This document shows, piece after piece, positions 1 through 10,763 of a stretch of DNA of 64,000 bases; the first letter of the stretch is position 1; each line of letters starts with the position of its first letter. Origin of the DNA: Chthonomonadales bacterium. Lineage in GTDB: Bacteria > Armatimonadota > Chthonomonadetes > Chthonomonadales > CAJBBX01. The stretch covers positions 44,276 through 108,275 of the forward strand of contig JBBIPC010000010.1 in the NCBI GenBank assembly GCA_037443035.1, read 5' to 3'. The translations under genes and the position numbers were made by a program. The notes under the pieces were generated by a model that was not told where the DNA came from, did not search any database, and saw nothing but the letters and a program-made list of their open reading frames with translations.

Positions 1-185
1 AGACGATAATCCACCAGGATGACGTCGTGCCGGCCCTCCAAAGCGATGGCGAGCCCTTCGTCGTAGGTGCTGGCCCAGTCCAGGAGATACTCGCCGTCTT
101 CGATCTCGGCGAGGCTATCGCGTGCGATGACGTAATCGTCGCTGTCGTCCTCGATGAGTAGGACGCGTACGGGGCTGTCGGGCAA
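1..185 (-). CDS. Response-regulator (REC)-containing protein, N-terminal part; runs off the window edge
   Basis: Manual translation from TTG at 185: LPDSPVRVLLIEDDSDDYVIARDSL...HDVILVDYRL, a REC N-terminus with acidic pocket and phospho-acceptor Asp; starts just after the upstream TAG. Confidence 0.85.
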   Translation of the reverse strand, partial: MPDSPVRVLLIEDDSDDYVIARDSLAEIEDGEYLLDWASTYDEGLAIALEGRHDVILVDYR

Positions 186-186
186 G

Positions 187-660
187 CTACTCTCCTGTGG
201 CAGCGTTCGGGAGTTCGATAATCTCGAACCAGTACCGCCGGATGGTGCGCATTACCTCCACCAGACCTTCGAAGGTGACTGGCTTGATGATATAGGAGTT
301 GGCGCCGACTTCGTACATCCTGAGAATGTCCTCCTCAGCCTTGGAGGTGGTTAGCACGACCACAGGAATCGTGTGGAGCTCCGGGTCCGTCTTGATGATT
401 CTCAGCGCTTCACGACCATCCATCCGTGGCATATTGAGGTCGAGCAAGATGAGTCCGGGGCGGGGGGACGATGCTGGGTCACTGTACTTGCCACGGTGCT
501 TCAGGTAGTCGATCAACTCCTCGCCGTTCTCCACAATGTGGAGATTGTTGGCGATCATGCTCTCCTCGAGAGCCTCCCTGGCTAAGAGCTGGTCGTCCGG
601 GTCATCCTCCGCCATGAGGATGGTGATGGGTTTCGCTTGTGTGAGCATGGTGTCTTCCAT
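187..660 (-). CDS. Single-domain response regulator (Rcp1-like receiver)
   Basis: ILMAEDD, LILLDLNMP, VVVLTTS, ANSYIIKP and C-terminal YWFEIIELP. Confidence 0.92.
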   Translation of the reverse strand: MEDTMLTQAKPITILMAEDDPDDQLLAREALEESMIANNLHIVENGEELIDYLKHRGKYSDPASSPRPGLILLDLNMPRMDGREALRIIKTDPELHTIPVVVLTTSKAEEDILRMYEVGANSYIIKPVTFEGLVEVMRTIRRYWFEIIELPNAATGE

Positions 661-711
661 GAGCCGGCTCCTTGGTCCGAATGCTGTTCTGGTCCAGGCG
701 CTTCCGCGACG

Positions 712-1350
712 TCACCGCCTCATCACGGTAGTGATAGTCCGTAGCATTATACGCACGTCTCCTAGGAGGCAGCGTGAACGTATATACTGCAGATCGAGCT
801 GCAGCTTAGCCGGCATAACCTCCTTGATATAGTAGTCTTCGATATTGTCGCGACCGGCGAGGAGCGCTTCCTCGTTTCGGTACTCTAGTTGCGTAAGGCC
901 CGTAACACCAGGGCGTACACTGAGCACCTGGCGCTGCTCCGGCGTGTAGTAGGCCACGTACCTCGGGACTTCCGGGCGGGGACCTACGAGCGTCATGTCC
1001 CCGCGCAAGACGTTCAGGAACTGCGGCAGCTCGTCCAGCTTCCACTTCCGCATGAACCGACCGATCGGTGTAACACGAGTGTCGCCACCTGCGGTGACTT
1101 CTGGGCCACCAGTGGCGACGCGCATGGAGCGAAACTTCAGCAGGACGAAGCTCTTCCCGCACCGGCCCACCCGCTCCTGCCGGAATAGCACCGGTCCGGG
1201 AGATGACAGCTTGACCAGGACCGCCAGGACCAGAAACACCGGCGACAACAACAGCAGTATCAAGACGGATACCACAACGTCGAGCACGCGCCGAATGGTA
1301 TCGCTGCAGTACGAAGATTGCGTGGCGACAGACGGGCCCGCGTCCATCAT
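712..1350 (-). CDS. Initiating sugar-1-phosphate transferase (bacterial sugar transferase family)
   Basis: [54 protein letters not shown] overlap with the upstream gene. Confidence 0.93.
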   Translation of the reverse strand: MMDAGPSVATQSSYCSDTIRRVLDVVVSVLILLLLSPVFLVLAVLVKLSSPGPVLFRQERVGRCGKSFVLLKFRSMRVATGGPEVTAGGDTRVTPIGRFMRKWKLDELPQFLNVLRGDMTLVGPRPEVPRYVAYYTPEQRQVLSVRPGVTGLTQLEYRNEEALLAGRDNIEDYYIKEVMPAKLQLDLQYIRSRCLLGDVRIMLRTITTVMRR

Positions 1351-2510
1351 GCTGTCAGCACGTCTCTCGTAGCGTCGACCACGCGTTCGACGTCATCGTC
1401 GCTCATCCGACTGTAGATCGGCAGGCTCACAGCCCTGTGGAACGCGACATCTGCCTTCGGAAACATCTCTGGTCGCAAGCCGTATGTGTCTCGCCAGTAA
1501 GGTTGTCGGTGTAGAGGTATGAAATGCACGCTCGTCCCGATTCCACGAGATGCCATGGCTTCGATGAAAGCGCCTCGATCCACGGGCGCTTCCGGTCGTA
1601 TTCGCAGGACGTAGAGATGCCAAGCATGCAGCTCGCCGTCGGGAGCGTGGGGCGGTAGGTCAACAGGCAGATCTGCGAAGGCCACGTCATATCGTCGCGC
1701 GATGGCCTCTCGCCGTTCGCGCATGGCACGTACCCGACGGAGTTGCTGCAATCCCAGCGCAGCCGCCACGTCCGTCATGTTGTACTTGAAGCCTGGCGCA
1801 ACGACTTCATAGTACCACGCCGGTACCTGAGAGGTGTACCGGTCGAAGGCATCACGGTCAATGCCATGGAGCCGCATGATCCGGCATCGCTGAGCAATGT
1901 TGTGGTCAGTAGTGACGACCATGCCACCCTCTCCGGTGGCGAGGGTCTTCGTGGCGTAGAAGCTGAAGACTGTAGCATCGCTTGGCAGTGTGCCGACCAG
2001 ACGGCCGCCCCATGTCGCGGGCAGCGCATGCGCGGCATCCTCGACGACCCGTATCCCATGCCGCTCAGCGATCGCATGGATTGTAGCCATTTCGCACGGA
2101 AGTCCGCCGATGTGCACGGGCATGATGGCACGCGTACGGGGACCGATAGCCGCCTCGACTGCAACTGCATCCATATTGAGCGTCCCTGGATCGATGTCCA
2201 CGAACACGGGATGGGCGCCCAGGTACCGTATGACCTCGGCGGTAGCGGTGAACGTGTAGGTCGTGGTGATAACTTCGTCGCCAGGACCGATCCCACAAGC
2301 CTCCAGTGCAAGGTGCAGCCCCGACGTAGCGGAGTTCACGGCGATGGCTTCGACGCTCCCGCCTAGAAACGCCGCGAACTCTGCCTCGAAGCGGCGCGTC
2401 TTTGGACCCGTAGTGAGCCACCCCGAGCGAAGAGAGTCGACGACTTCCTCGATCTCGGCCTCAGTGATGTCGGGTAAGGCGAAGGGCAGAAACGGTCGCG
2501 GTGTTGTCAT
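1347..2510 (-). CDS. DegT/DnrJ/EryC1/StrS PLP-dependent nucleotide-sugar aminotransferase
   Basis: [32 protein letters not shown] (PLP lysine), [13 protein letters not shown]; start placed at MTTP. Confidence 0.95.
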   Translation of the reverse strand: MTTPRPFLPFALPDITEAEIEEVVDSLRSGWLTTGPKTRRFEAEFAAFLGGSVEAIAVNSATSGLHLALEACGIGPGDEVITTTYTFTATAEVIRYLGAHPVFVDIDPGTLNMDAVAVEAAIGPRTRAIMPVHIGGLPCEMATIHAIAERHGIRVVEDAAHALPATWGGRLVGTLPSDATVFSFYATKTLATGEGGMVVTTDHNIAQRCRIMRLHGIDRDAFDRYTSQVPAWYYEVVAPGFKYNMTDVAAALGLQQLRRVRAMRERREAIARRYDVAFADLPVDLPPHAPDGELHAWHLYVLRIRPEAPVDRGAFIEAMASRGIGTSVHFIPLHRQPYWRDTYGLRPEMFPKADVAFHRAVSLPIYSRMSDDDVERVVDATRDVLTA

Positions 2511-2667
2511 CACTAGTGCTGGGCACAACGGTGCGCGAAGAATGGTACCCCATCAGCGCTCACGGACGGCCGGGCTTCGCTCCCGTGGCGGCGCCGTAGG
2601 GTCGCCGAACGAAAGTCGCGACGTACAGCGCTGCGCTGGACAGAGTCATGCACGGGAGAGGACCTTG

Positions 2668-3306
2668 TCACTGGAAGCGCATGTAGTACTCATTCCTGAG
2701 GCGGCGGCCGCTCGCCACGAAGGTGCCCCTCAGGGTGAAGCCCGACGAAACGTGAAAGGCATTCACTGCGTCGTTGTCCGTGGCGTCGGTGAACAGGTAC
2801 ACGCCGGACACGCCGGCTTGCCTCGCCGCGGCAACAAAGGCTTTCGTGAGCTCGCGCCCCAGCCCACGCCCCTGATACGCAGGGTGTACTCCCACAGAAC
2901 AGAGTTCGGCCTCCTCAGGATGGGGCTCCGGTGCGGCGCCCCGACCGCCAAAGACACCCAGAGCGTTCTGCACCACAATAAGTAGCAGGCCAGGGTTGCG
3001 GAAGAGCCCCGCGATCACGTGCGGTAGCAGCGCCAACGTACGGCGGCGCAAGTGACGCGAGAACTCCGTCGGTCTGGCGAAACCTGCCGCGAAACCTACC
3101 ACCCGGTCGTCCGCTTCTGCGACGTACAGGATCCCGCCAGGGAAGTCCAGAACGGCACCGTAATACCCTCGCAGGAAGCCCTTCCCCAGGCGTGTCAGCA
3201 CGAATCCTGGGAAAGCCTGTGTGTGCACATCCGCGATTGCATCCAAGTCCGCAGGCTCTGCCACGCGAACAGAGCGTTGTAGGGCTTGCGCTTGCATCGG
3301 CGTCAT
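2668..3306 (-). CDS. GNAT family N-acetyltransferase
   Basis: Acetyl-CoA motif SVGVHPAYQGRGLG and N..VNAFH...GF; ATG at 3306 overlaps the upstream TGA (ATGA). Confidence 0.88.
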   Translation of the reverse strand: MTPMQAQALQRSVRVAEPADLDAIADVHTQAFPGFVLTRLGKGFLRGYYGAVLDFPGGILYVAEADDRVVGFAAGFARPTEFSRHLRRRTLALLPHVIAGLFRNPGLLLIVVQNALGVFGGRGAAPEPHPEEAELCSVGVHPAYQGRGLGRELTKAFVAAARQAGVSGVYLFTDATDNDAVNAFHVSSGFTLRGTFVASGRRLRNEYYMRFQ

Positions 3307-4544
3307 CTCGGTCCTATCACTGATTGCAGGATGGCCTCTACCATTGTCACGCACGCTGCTCGGGATAGGTGCCTCACAGCGTAGTCCCTGCCAGCATACC
3401 CAAGCTTGTGGAGAACGTCCGGTTGGTGCATGAGGCCCCTGACAGCGCGTGCCAATGCCTCTGCGTCGGCGGGTGGTACCACGACTCCCGCTCGAGCCTC
3501 TTGGATCACCTGCCAAGCATCGCCGACCGCTGGGATGGATGCGACTATGGGACGTCCGGCAGCCATGATCGTGGCGATCTTCGAGGGCACGGTCGGCGTC
3601 ACGACCTCGGGGCGAAGCGTGACCAAGCACACATCCGCGGCGGCAAGCACCTCCGGGTACTTCTCCTTCGGCTGCATGGGTAGGAACACCGTGTTCGGGA
3701 GTCCTGCGGCAGCTGTGGCCAGCCGATCCCGTTCCGCGCCGCCTCCGACCATGACCCAACGCAGATCAGGGACGTCCTGCGTCAGCCGCGCCGCTTCGAT
3801 GACGACGTCCAGTCCCTGGGAGAAGCCCATAGTGCCGGCGAATACGACCAGGAACTTGTCTCCCAACCCGTGTTCCTGCCGAAAGCGCCGCCGCGCCTCC
3901 TCGCTGACTGGTCCCACCGCGAACGCCTCCACATCCACCCAGTTCGGCACCACGTGCACCCGGTCCGGGTTCGCACCACGTCCGATGACGAACTCCCGAT
4001 TGCCCTCCGACATCACGGTAATGGCCGACGCCGTTCGGTAGACCTTGGCCTCCATGCCTTCGAAGATCCGGATCATCCGCCTGCTGCGCAGGATGCCCAG
4101 GTCCACCATGCACTGGGGAAATAGGTCCTGTACATTCGCCACCCAGGGCACTCGAAATCGCTGCGCCACTCGGCGCGCTGCAAGACCCATCATGATGGGA
4201 GGCGTCACCGTGTAGACGACATCCGGCCTGCGCGCGAACATAGCCCGCATGGCCAATACGGGCGGCGCGAGGATCTGCACAAGCCCGCGGCTCAGGACGG
4301 AGGACCCGTACAGATTCGGACCGTTGATGCGCAACACGTCCATGCCGCCCATCTGTCCGCGGCAGAGCAACTTCCCCCGGTACTGCTGCGGCATGACCGG
4401 TACATTGTAACGCGGGAAGTTCGTCACCACGGTGACCCGGTGCCCACGCTGCGCTAAGGTCTCGCCCAACTCGTACGGGAGATGAGGACCTGAGCCGATC
4501 TCTGGCGGGAAGTAGTGCGTGAAGAGAAGGACGTGCATGGGCAA
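3303..4544 (-). CDS. GT4 glycosyltransferase, WbuB/Cap5L-like (probable L-FucNAc transferase)
   Basis: HYFPPE, VTNFPRYN, QDLFP, PNWVD, FAGTMGFSQGL, PSKIATIMAAGRP; directly downstream of fnlABC. Confidence 0.88.
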   Translation of the reverse strand: MPMHVLLFTHYFPPEIGSGPHLPYELGETLAQRGHRVTVVTNFPRYNVPVMPQQYRGKLLCRGQMGGMDVLRINGPNLYGSSVLSRGLVQILAPPVLAMRAMFARRPDVVYTVTPPIMMGLAARRVAQRFRVPWVANVQDLFPQCMVDLGILRSRRMIRIFEGMEAKVYRTASAITVMSEGNREFVIGRGANPDRVHVVPNWVDVEAFAVGPVSEEARRRFRQEHGLGDKFLVVFAGTMGFSQGLDVVIEAARLTQDVPDLRWVMVGGGAERDRLATAAAGLPNTVFLPMQPKEKYPEVLAAADVCLVTLRPEVVTPTVPSKIATIMAAGRPIVASIPAVGDAWQVIQEARAGVVVPPADAEALARAVRGLMHQPDVLHKLGYAGRDYAVRHLSRAACVTMVEAILQSVIGPR

Positions 4545-4551
4545 CAGGCAG

Positions 4552-5682
4552 TCAGTGCTGATGCCAGACGGTTCGGTTCACATAGCCCGTGTACGAAAGG
4601 ATGATCCGCACCACCTTCTCGGAAACGTTGGGCGCAGTGTAGTCCGAAACGATACGAAGAAGCCGCTGCTCCCCTCGTGGTTGCGCCTCGAGAATCTCCA
4701 GCCCTTGCAGCACGCTCTCCAAGTCCATGCCCACCATCATGACCGCGCCTTCTTCCATGCCCTCGGGGCGCTCATGAGCCTCCCGAATGTTGAGGGCCGG
4801 GAAGTTCAGGATGGAAGACTCCTCCGTGATCGTCCCACTGTCGGACAACACCGCGCGCGCTTCCGCCTGCAGTCGCACGTAATCCGTGAACGCCAGCGGC
4901 TTCAGGAAACGGACCCGTTCATCCACCTTGCGGCCCGACGCCTCCAAACGCTTTCGAGTACGCGGATGTGTGGAAACGATCACCGGCAACCGGAATCGCT
5001 GCGCCAGGGTGTTAAGGATCTCGAGCAGCTTGCCGAAGAGCACCGGCGAGTCCACATTCTCCTCTCGATGGGAACTCACGACGAAGTAGGAGTGCGGCGT
5101 TAGCCCGAGGCGCTCCAACGCCGTGGAGGCACGTATCTTCGGCATGTAGTAATGCAGCACCTCGAACATGGGGCTACCGGTCTTGATCACCGTATCAGGC
5201 GGAATACCCTCCCGAAGGAGATACTCCCGCGCGATGGAGCTGTAGGGCATGTTGATGTCGGCGATGTGATCGATGATCCGCCGGTTGATCTCTTCCGGCA
5301 CGCGTTGGTCGAAGCAGCGGTTGCCCGCCTCCATGTGGAAAACGGGAATACGCCGCCGCTTGGCCGCGATGGCAGCCAGGCAGCTGTTCGTGTCGCCGAG
5401 CACCAGACACGCCTGCGGCTGGATTTCCCCCAGCACCCGGTCGGCGCGGGCGATGGTCTGGCCGATGGTCTCCGCTGCCGTCTCGCCAGCCGCGTCCAGA
5501 TAGTGGTCCGGCGGCCGAATCTCCATGTCCTCGAAGAAGACCTGGTTCAGCTCGTAATCGTAGTTCTGGCCCGTGTGGATGAGCACATGGTCGGTGTAGC
5601 GATCCAGGGCCGCGATGACGCGCGAGAGGCGGATGATCTCCGGCCGAGTGCCCACGATCGTGGCCACGCGGAGCTTAGCCAC
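4552..5682 (-). CDS. fnlC: Non-hydrolysing UDP-HexNAc 2-epimerase, FnlC/WbjD/Cap5G type
   Basis: [63 protein letters not shown]. Confidence 0.92.
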   Translation of the reverse strand: MAKLRVATIVGTRPEIIRLSRVIAALDRYTDHVLIHTGQNYDYELNQVFFEDMEIRPPDHYLDAAGETAAETIGQTIARADRVLGEIQPQACLVLGDTNSCLAAIAAKRRRIPVFHMEAGNRCFDQRVPEEINRRIIDHIADINMPYSSIAREYLLREGIPPDTVIKTGSPMFEVLHYYMPKIRASTALERLGLTPHSYFVVSSHREENVDSPVLFGKLLEILNTLAQRFRLPVIVSTHPRTRKRLEASGRKVDERVRFLKPLAFTDYVRLQAEARAVLSDSGTITEESSILNFPALNIREAHERPEGMEEGAVMMVGMDLESVLQGLEILEAQPRGEQRLLRIVSDYTAPNVSEKVVRIILSYTGYVNRTVWHQH

Positions 5683-6793
5683 AGTCTACCTCTTCGAAGT
5701 AGGTGTCCGGCTGCTCCGGATCGAACACCTCCGACGCCCAGAACAGGGTAACCATGTCCGTGGTTCCGACGTTCTCGATGCAATGAGTCCATCCTGGTGG
5801 AATGTCCACTACTCTGAGGTCATCACCGCGGACCCGGATCCGCTCGACAGTCTCGGTACCGATCCGCCGCAGCCGTATCTCCGCCTCGCCCGTCAGAACG
5901 AGGAACTTTTCCACCTTCGTATCGTGGTAATGGTTTCCGCGAACTACACCGGGTTTCGTTGTCGAGACGAAGATCTGCCCCGCACCGGCCGTTTTCAGGA
6001 ACTCCGCCAGCACGCCCCGATTGTCAGCCCGCCGCTGCAAGGAATAACTCCACCCATCCTCCGGCAGGAACGCGTTGTACGTCGCCAGGAGCCGCCGGTT
6101 TAGCGGATCCCCAAGATCCGGCAGCATGAGAGTCTGCCGGCTTTGACGGATGGCCTCGAGGCGCTCCACGATCTCGCCCAACGTGATTTGGAAGACCGGT
6201 TCCACACGCCCGTAGCGAAATCCCCGCTCTCCCGGCTCGTCCAACAGTTGCATGAACGTGGAGACGACGTCGTCAATGTAGACCAGTTGCATCTCGCGTG
6301 CCGGGTCGCTGACGGTGATCGGTAGGCCGCGTGATCGGTTATGGCAGAAGGTGGCGATTGCCGAGTTGTAGTTCGGCCGCGACCACTTGCCGAAAACGTT
6401 CGGCAGCCGGAACGCCACAGCCGTCGCACCCGTCCGGTCGGCGTAGCGGCGGAGTTCGTCTTCCGCAGCGCGCTTGGATTGCCCATATGGATTGTCGAGT
6501 TCCGCCTGAATGGACGAAGACAGGACGATCAGGGGCGGCTCCGGTGCTGCGGCCGCGAGGTGGCAGACCTGAGCGGTCGAGCCGGTGTTACCAGCGGCAT
6601 ACTCCGCCGGGTCCTGGGGCCGATTGACACCCGCCAGGTGGTAGATGACCTGCGCCTGAGCCACCAAATCGGCCAGATCTCCGGGCGTTCCCAGGTCGTA
6701 CTCCAGAATCTCCACATCCTTTCGGCGACGGAGAGCCACGACCAGGTTGCGGCCAACAAACCCCGCCGAACCTGTTACCAGCACTCGGGTCAT
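5675..6793 (-). CDS. fnlB: FnlB/WbjC/Cap5F bifunctional SDR reductase + cupin epimerase
   Basis: [65 protein letters not shown] at 6793 overlaps the fnlA stop. Confidence 0.93.
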   Translation of the reverse strand: MTRVLVTGSAGFVGRNLVVALRRRKDVEILEYDLGTPGDLADLVAQAQVIYHLAGVNRPQDPAEYAAGNTGSTAQVCHLAAAAPEPPLIVLSSSIQAELDNPYGQSKRAAEDELRRYADRTGATAVAFRLPNVFGKWSRPNYNSAIATFCHNRSRGLPITVSDPAREMQLVYIDDVVSTFMQLLDEPGERGFRYGRVEPVFQITLGEIVERLEAIRQSRQTLMLPDLGDPLNRRLLATYNAFLPEDGWSYSLQRRADNRGVLAEFLKTAGAGQIFVSTTKPGVVRGNHYHDTKVEKFLVLTGEAEIRLRRIGTETVERIRVRGDDLRVVDIPPGWTHCIENVGTTDMVTLFWASEVFDPEQPDTYFEEVDCG

Positions 6794-7812
6794 GGCCGCT
6801 GCCATCCCTCCAACTGCTCTTGAACATACTCAAGGTTCATCAGCAGCCGGACCATCCCGTCCACATCCAGCCGTTCCGTGTTATGGCTATGATAGTCCTC
6901 CACCTGGCTGGCCTGAGGCATGCCCTCGGTGAAGTACAGGGCGTAGTTGAGATCCCGCGTATCGGCAGGCACGCGGAAGTACCGTCCTAGGTCCGCCGAC
7001 CGGACGCGTTCTTCCCGCGTGAGCAGCGTCTCGTACAGCTTCTCGCCATGCCGTGTCCCGATAATCCGGACCGGATTGTCCACACCGAACACCCGCTTCA
7101 CCGCCTCGGCCAAGGTTCCGATGGTGGCCGCCGGCGCCTTCTGCACGAAAATGTCGCCCGGCTCTCCGTGTTCGAACGCGAACAGCACCAAGTCCACCGC
7201 ATCCTCGATGGACATCATGAACCGCGTCATGTTCGGATCGGTGACCGTCAGCGGCTCACCGCGCTTGACTTGCTCGATGAACAGGGGTATGACCGAGCCC
7301 CGCGACGCCATGACATTGCCATAGCGCGTTCCACACATGATGCAACCGCGCTCCGCAGCGACCCTGGACTTGGCGATCATGAGCTTCTCCATGAGCGCCT
7401 TGCTCAGCCCCATGGCGTTGATGGGATACACCGCCTTGTCCGTGCTCAGGACCACCACACGCTCCACGCCGCACTCCATGGCCGCCGTGAGCACGTTCTC
7501 CGCCCCCAACGAGTTGGTCTTGATGGCCTCGATGGGATAGAACTCGCAGGAAGGCACCTGCTTCAGCGCCGCCGCATGGAAAACGTAATGGACCCCCACC
7601 ATGGCGTCATGGAGGCTTTGCGGCTCGCGCACATCCCCGATATAGAACCGCAGGCGCGGAGTGCCGTAATGCAGCCGCATGTCCTCCTGCTTCTTCTCGT
7701 CCCGGCTGAATACACGGATTTCCCGGGCGTCCGTCGCCAGGAACCGCCGCACCGCCGCGTTCCCGAAGGAACCCGTGCCGCCAGTGATCAACACCACCTT
7801 GTCGTCGAACAT
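6790..7812 (-). CDS. fnlA: FnlA/WbjB/Cap5E UDP-GlcNAc 4,6-dehydratase/epimerase
   Basis: ITGGTGSFG, FSRDEKKQ, HAAALKQVPSCEF, LSTDKAVYPINAMG, TRYGNVMASRGSVIP, GTRHGEK. Confidence 0.95.
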   Translation of the reverse strand: MFDDKVVLITGGTGSFGNAAVRRFLATDAREIRVFSRDEKKQEDMRLHYGTPRLRFYIGDVREPQSLHDAMVGVHYVFHAAALKQVPSCEFYPIEAIKTNSLGAENVLTAAMECGVERVVVLSTDKAVYPINAMGLSKALMEKLMIAKSRVAAERGCIMCGTRYGNVMASRGSVIPLFIEQVKRGEPLTVTDPNMTRFMMSIEDAVDLVLFAFEHGEPGDIFVQKAPAATIGTLAEAVKRVFGVDNPVRIIGTRHGEKLYETLLTREERVRSADLGRYFRVPADTRDLNYALYFTEGMPQASQVEDYHSHNTERLDVDGMVRLLMNLEYVQEQLEGWQRP

Positions 7813-7848
7813 GCCGCCTCCTGCTTCGCCTATTCGGACCGCCTCATC

Positions 7849-8976
7849 CTACTGGGCCAACTCCCCCCACAACTCTACGAGCCGATGGGTCACCACTGGA
7901 GCCGCATACTCGGTTCGAGCGCGGCGCCTGCCCTCCGTCCCCATCCGCTCGCGAAGACAGGCGTCGGTTGTCAATCGCGCGATGGCACGCGCCAGTGCGT
8001 CCACATCCCTCGCAGGCACGCAGATCCCGCACGGGTCGCTGCCATCCACCTCCAGCATGTCACGGATCGCGCCCACGTCGGTGCCCAGCACCGCGCGCCC
8101 ACACGCCATGGCCTCCGCCACCACGTTCGGAAACCCCTCCGAGTGGCTCGGAAGGGCGAACACATCCGCCCCAGCGATCATCCGCATGGTGTCCTCGTAA
8201 GATAGCGTACCACGAAACTCCAGCCGGACGCCTCCCTGGGCCATCGCCTCCAGCTCCCGGCGGTACCCCGCCTCCACCGGACCTGCCATGCGAAGCTCCA
8301 CGGCCACCTCCGCCAACACGCAGGCCTTGACCAGGTCGCTCACCCCCTTCGACGGCAGCACATGCCCCGCATAGGCCACTACCGGTATCTCAGCCGATCG
8401 CCCAGGACCTACGGCCTCTATTGGCATGGCAGCCAACGCCGCCTCCACCGCCTCGACGTCCACCATGTTCGGCATCGTCCGCACGTCCGCGCCTGGGCAA
8501 GCCCCCTGCAGCACCCGCTCCGAGCGCCGGTCCAGTACCAGCGTCCGTGCCGCCGCTTCGGTGCAGCGTCGCAGCAACGTCCATTCCCGGTTCTCCGCTT
8601 CCCGGAGCCGCGGTATCCGGCCCATCCGATAGTGAATGACGGCAGGTACCCTCCGCGCTTGGCTCAGTCGGAGCATCCACAAGTCCCGCACGAGAGCCGG
8701 CCCAGCGCTCGTGCAAACATGCACCACGTCCGGCGCCCCCCGCGCCAAGAAACTGCGAAAGCGCACCACGTCCCGGATCGCCTGTACCGCGCCCCCAGTC
8801 AGCCGCACGGGAGCGGAAAGCTGCGTGACCCCGCGCCAACGGACCGCCGTATCCAAGTGCAGCACCTGGACACTCCCCCGCCTCTCCAGCTCCCGCAACA
8901 AGATGCGCGTCCACGTCGCGATCCCCCCAGGCGGCGGCGGGAGCGGGGAGACGAGGAGGACGGAGAGACCCGGCAA
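7849..8976 (-). CDS. GT4 glycosyltransferase
   Basis: PPPPGGIATW, KG, LPSHSEGFPNVVAEAMACG, TDVG. Confidence 0.9.
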   Translation of the reverse strand: MPGLSVLLVSPLPPPPGGIATWTRILLRELERRGSVQVLHLDTAVRWRGVTQLSAPVRLTGGAVQAIRDVVRFRSFLARGAPDVVHVCTSAGPALVRDLWMLRLSQARRVPAVIHYRMGRIPRLREAENREWTLLRRCTEAAARTLVLDRRSERVLQGACPGADVRTMPNMVDVEAVEAALAAMPIEAVGPGRSAEIPVVAYAGHVLPSKGVSDLVKACVLAEVAVELRMAGPVEAGYRRELEAMAQGGVRLEFRGTLSYEDTMRMIAGADVFALPSHSEGFPNVVAEAMACGRAVLGTDVGAIRDMLEVDGSDPCGICVPARDVDALARAIARLTTDACLRERMGTEGRRRARTEYAAPVVTHRLVELWGELAQ

Positions 8977-8981
8977 CTGGC

Positions 8982-9584
8982 TCAGTTCTCCGTCTGCAAG
9001 TATGACTGCTGAGCAGCTTCGAGCTCAGCGCGGGACAGGCGCTTCTCTATGGGATATAGAAGCTCTTCGTGACGTAGCACGCCTTCGACGTCCCAGCGGA
9101 AGCGCAGAACCCTCGCGGGGCAGCCGGCTACTATCGCGTAGGGCGGCACATCGCTCGTTACCACCGCCCCCGCTCCAATTACCGAGCCGCGGCCAACCCT
9201 TACGCCTCGCAGAATGATAGCCCGCGCGCCGATCCACACATCGTCCTCGACAGCCACACCAAGGTCGTCATCGGGCCGCTTTTCCGTAACGTCCATCATG
9301 GCTCTGCCGATTTCGCGCGTATTGTGCCCACCCCCGATGATCATCACCTCCGGGCCGAGCATGACTTTGTTCCCAATACGGACGGTCGAGCGTGCCGCTA
9401 TGATGGTTGGTCGCAATCCGAGGTTGACGTCGTCGCCGACATGGATGTTGCGAAAGCTGTAGCAGCCGCGCGGGTCGAAGCGGAAATGTTTCCCGTGACT
9501 GCCGAACAGAGGCATAAGCAGCCACATGGCGAGACGGCGTGCCAGAGCCGCGACGGCGATAACGCTCCAACCTACGAGCCGCAT
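8982..9584 (-). CDS. Hexapeptide-repeat (LbH) O-acyltransferase
   Basis: [47 protein letters not shown]. Confidence 0.9.
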   Translation of the reverse strand: MRLVGWSVIAVAALARRLAMWLLMPLFGSHGKHFRFDPRGCYSFRNIHVGDDVNLGLRPTIIAARSTVRIGNKVMLGPEVMIIGGGHNTREIGRAMMDVTEKRPDDDLGVAVEDDVWIGARAIILRGVRVGRGSVIGAGAVVTSDVPPYAIVAGCPARVLRFRWDVEGVLRHEELLYPIEKRLSRAELEAAQQSYLQTEN

Positions 9585-10756
9585 GGAAGTGACAACGTGG
9601 CAAGCGCAGTGTCAGGAACCTGCTCTGGCCAGTGGAGCGGAGGTCCTGGCCTACCCACCGCTGCCGACTCGAGGATCTTACTGTAAGACGTGAGTACCTT
9701 GTCCGGATCTAGCAACTGGCGCGCTCGCTCGAAGCTACGCCGTCCCATCTCCTGCAAGGCATCCACACCGGCTTCGACTAACGTCGCGACACTCGCAGCT
9801 ATGGAGCCGACCTCCCGTGGATCGAAGAGCGTGCCGGTGACACCCTCTACTACGAGGTTGCCCATGTCCGAGACGGCACTGCTAGCGATTGGCCTACCCA
9901 TCGCCATTCCTTCGCATACGACGTTCGGCAATCCTTCGTAGAGCGATGGCAGGGCAACGACATGCGCTTCGGCGTATCTACGAGCGATGTTCGTCTCCGC
10001 CTCATGCAAACGGACCAGGTTTTCAAGACCGTGCTGCAGGATCAAAGACTCGGCGGCCTCGCGCTCATCCGCTCCCCGGCCGGCAGACGCCCGCCCTCCA
10101 TACCAGTCCGTCTGAACGTGTAGGTTAGGCCATCGCAGGCGGATCTCCTGCATAGCCCGCACCCAGCCGGTCACGTTCTTCAGGCGCTGGTAACTCGCTG
10201 CGATCGTAATGCGCAGGTTACCCCAGGAGCGCTCCGGCAGAGGGAGAAACGGGAACGCCTCGAAGTTCACCCCGTTGTAGATCGTCCATACACGTCCACG
10301 CAACCTCCGGTTCGTGTGTTCAATCATCAGGCGATTGGCGTGAGAGTTTGTGACGACGGCGTCAGCTAGGCTGTGCAACGCGCGCCGGAGACGCACGCGG
10401 AATGTCCTGTAATCGGGGGTAGAGGACCGCTCACCCACGACCAGTCCCCACTGCCGCCTAGGTATGCCAGCCAACTCCGCATAGAGGCTCGGCATAGGGA
10501 GAAACGCCAACACGACATCCGGGGATAGCGACCGAATTACCGTGCGCACTGCACGGACCTTCCGTAGGAGACTGTTGGCCCTGATCGTGTGTATCGGCAC
10601 GCCGGCGTCGAGCAAACGTCCCGCGAAGTGGCCACCTTCGTGATATGTGAGCATCTCCGCATCCAGTCCCCGCCGGCTCAGACCCAAGGCAAGTTCCACC
10701 AGCTGTCTCTGTGCCCCGCCCGGACCAAGGTTGTCTATGAAGCACAGGACCTTCAA
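9572..10756 (-). CDS. GT4 glycosyltransferase
   Basis: [37 protein letters not shown]; start placed at TTG just after the upstream stop (ORF extends to 10858). Confidence 0.88.
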   Translation of the reverse strand: MKVLCFIDNLGPGGAQRQLVELALGLSRRGLDAEMLTYHEGGHFAGRLLDAGVPIHTIRANSLLRKVRAVRTVIRSLSPDVVLAFLPMPSLYAELAGIPRRQWGLVVGERSSTPDYRTFRVRLRRALHSLADAVVTNSHANRLMIEHTNRRLRGRVWTIYNGVNFEAFPFLPLPERSWGNLRITIAASYQRLKNVTGWVRAMQEIRLRWPNLHVQTDWYGGRASAGRGADEREAAESLILQHGLENLVRLHEAETNIARRYAEAHVVALPSLYEGLPNVVCEGMAMGRPIASSAVSDMGNLVVEGVTGTLFDPREVGSIAASVATLVEAGVDALQEMGRRSFERARQLLDPDKVLTSYSKILESAAVGRPGPPLHWPEQVPDTALATLSLPCGS

Positions 10757-10763
10757 GTTGCCG

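Noticed and set aside
3307..3759. N-terminal extension of the 363-aa ORF 2668..3759
   Set aside because: Lies inside the GT4 gene in another frame and is low-complexity; an ATGA-coupled start exists at 3306
7048..8205. 385-aa plus-strand ORF and similar long antisense ORFs (36855..38030, 46045..47436, 30525..31469, 31453..32556)
   Set aside because: Shadow frames of well-supported genes in GC-rich DNA; no recognisable motifs
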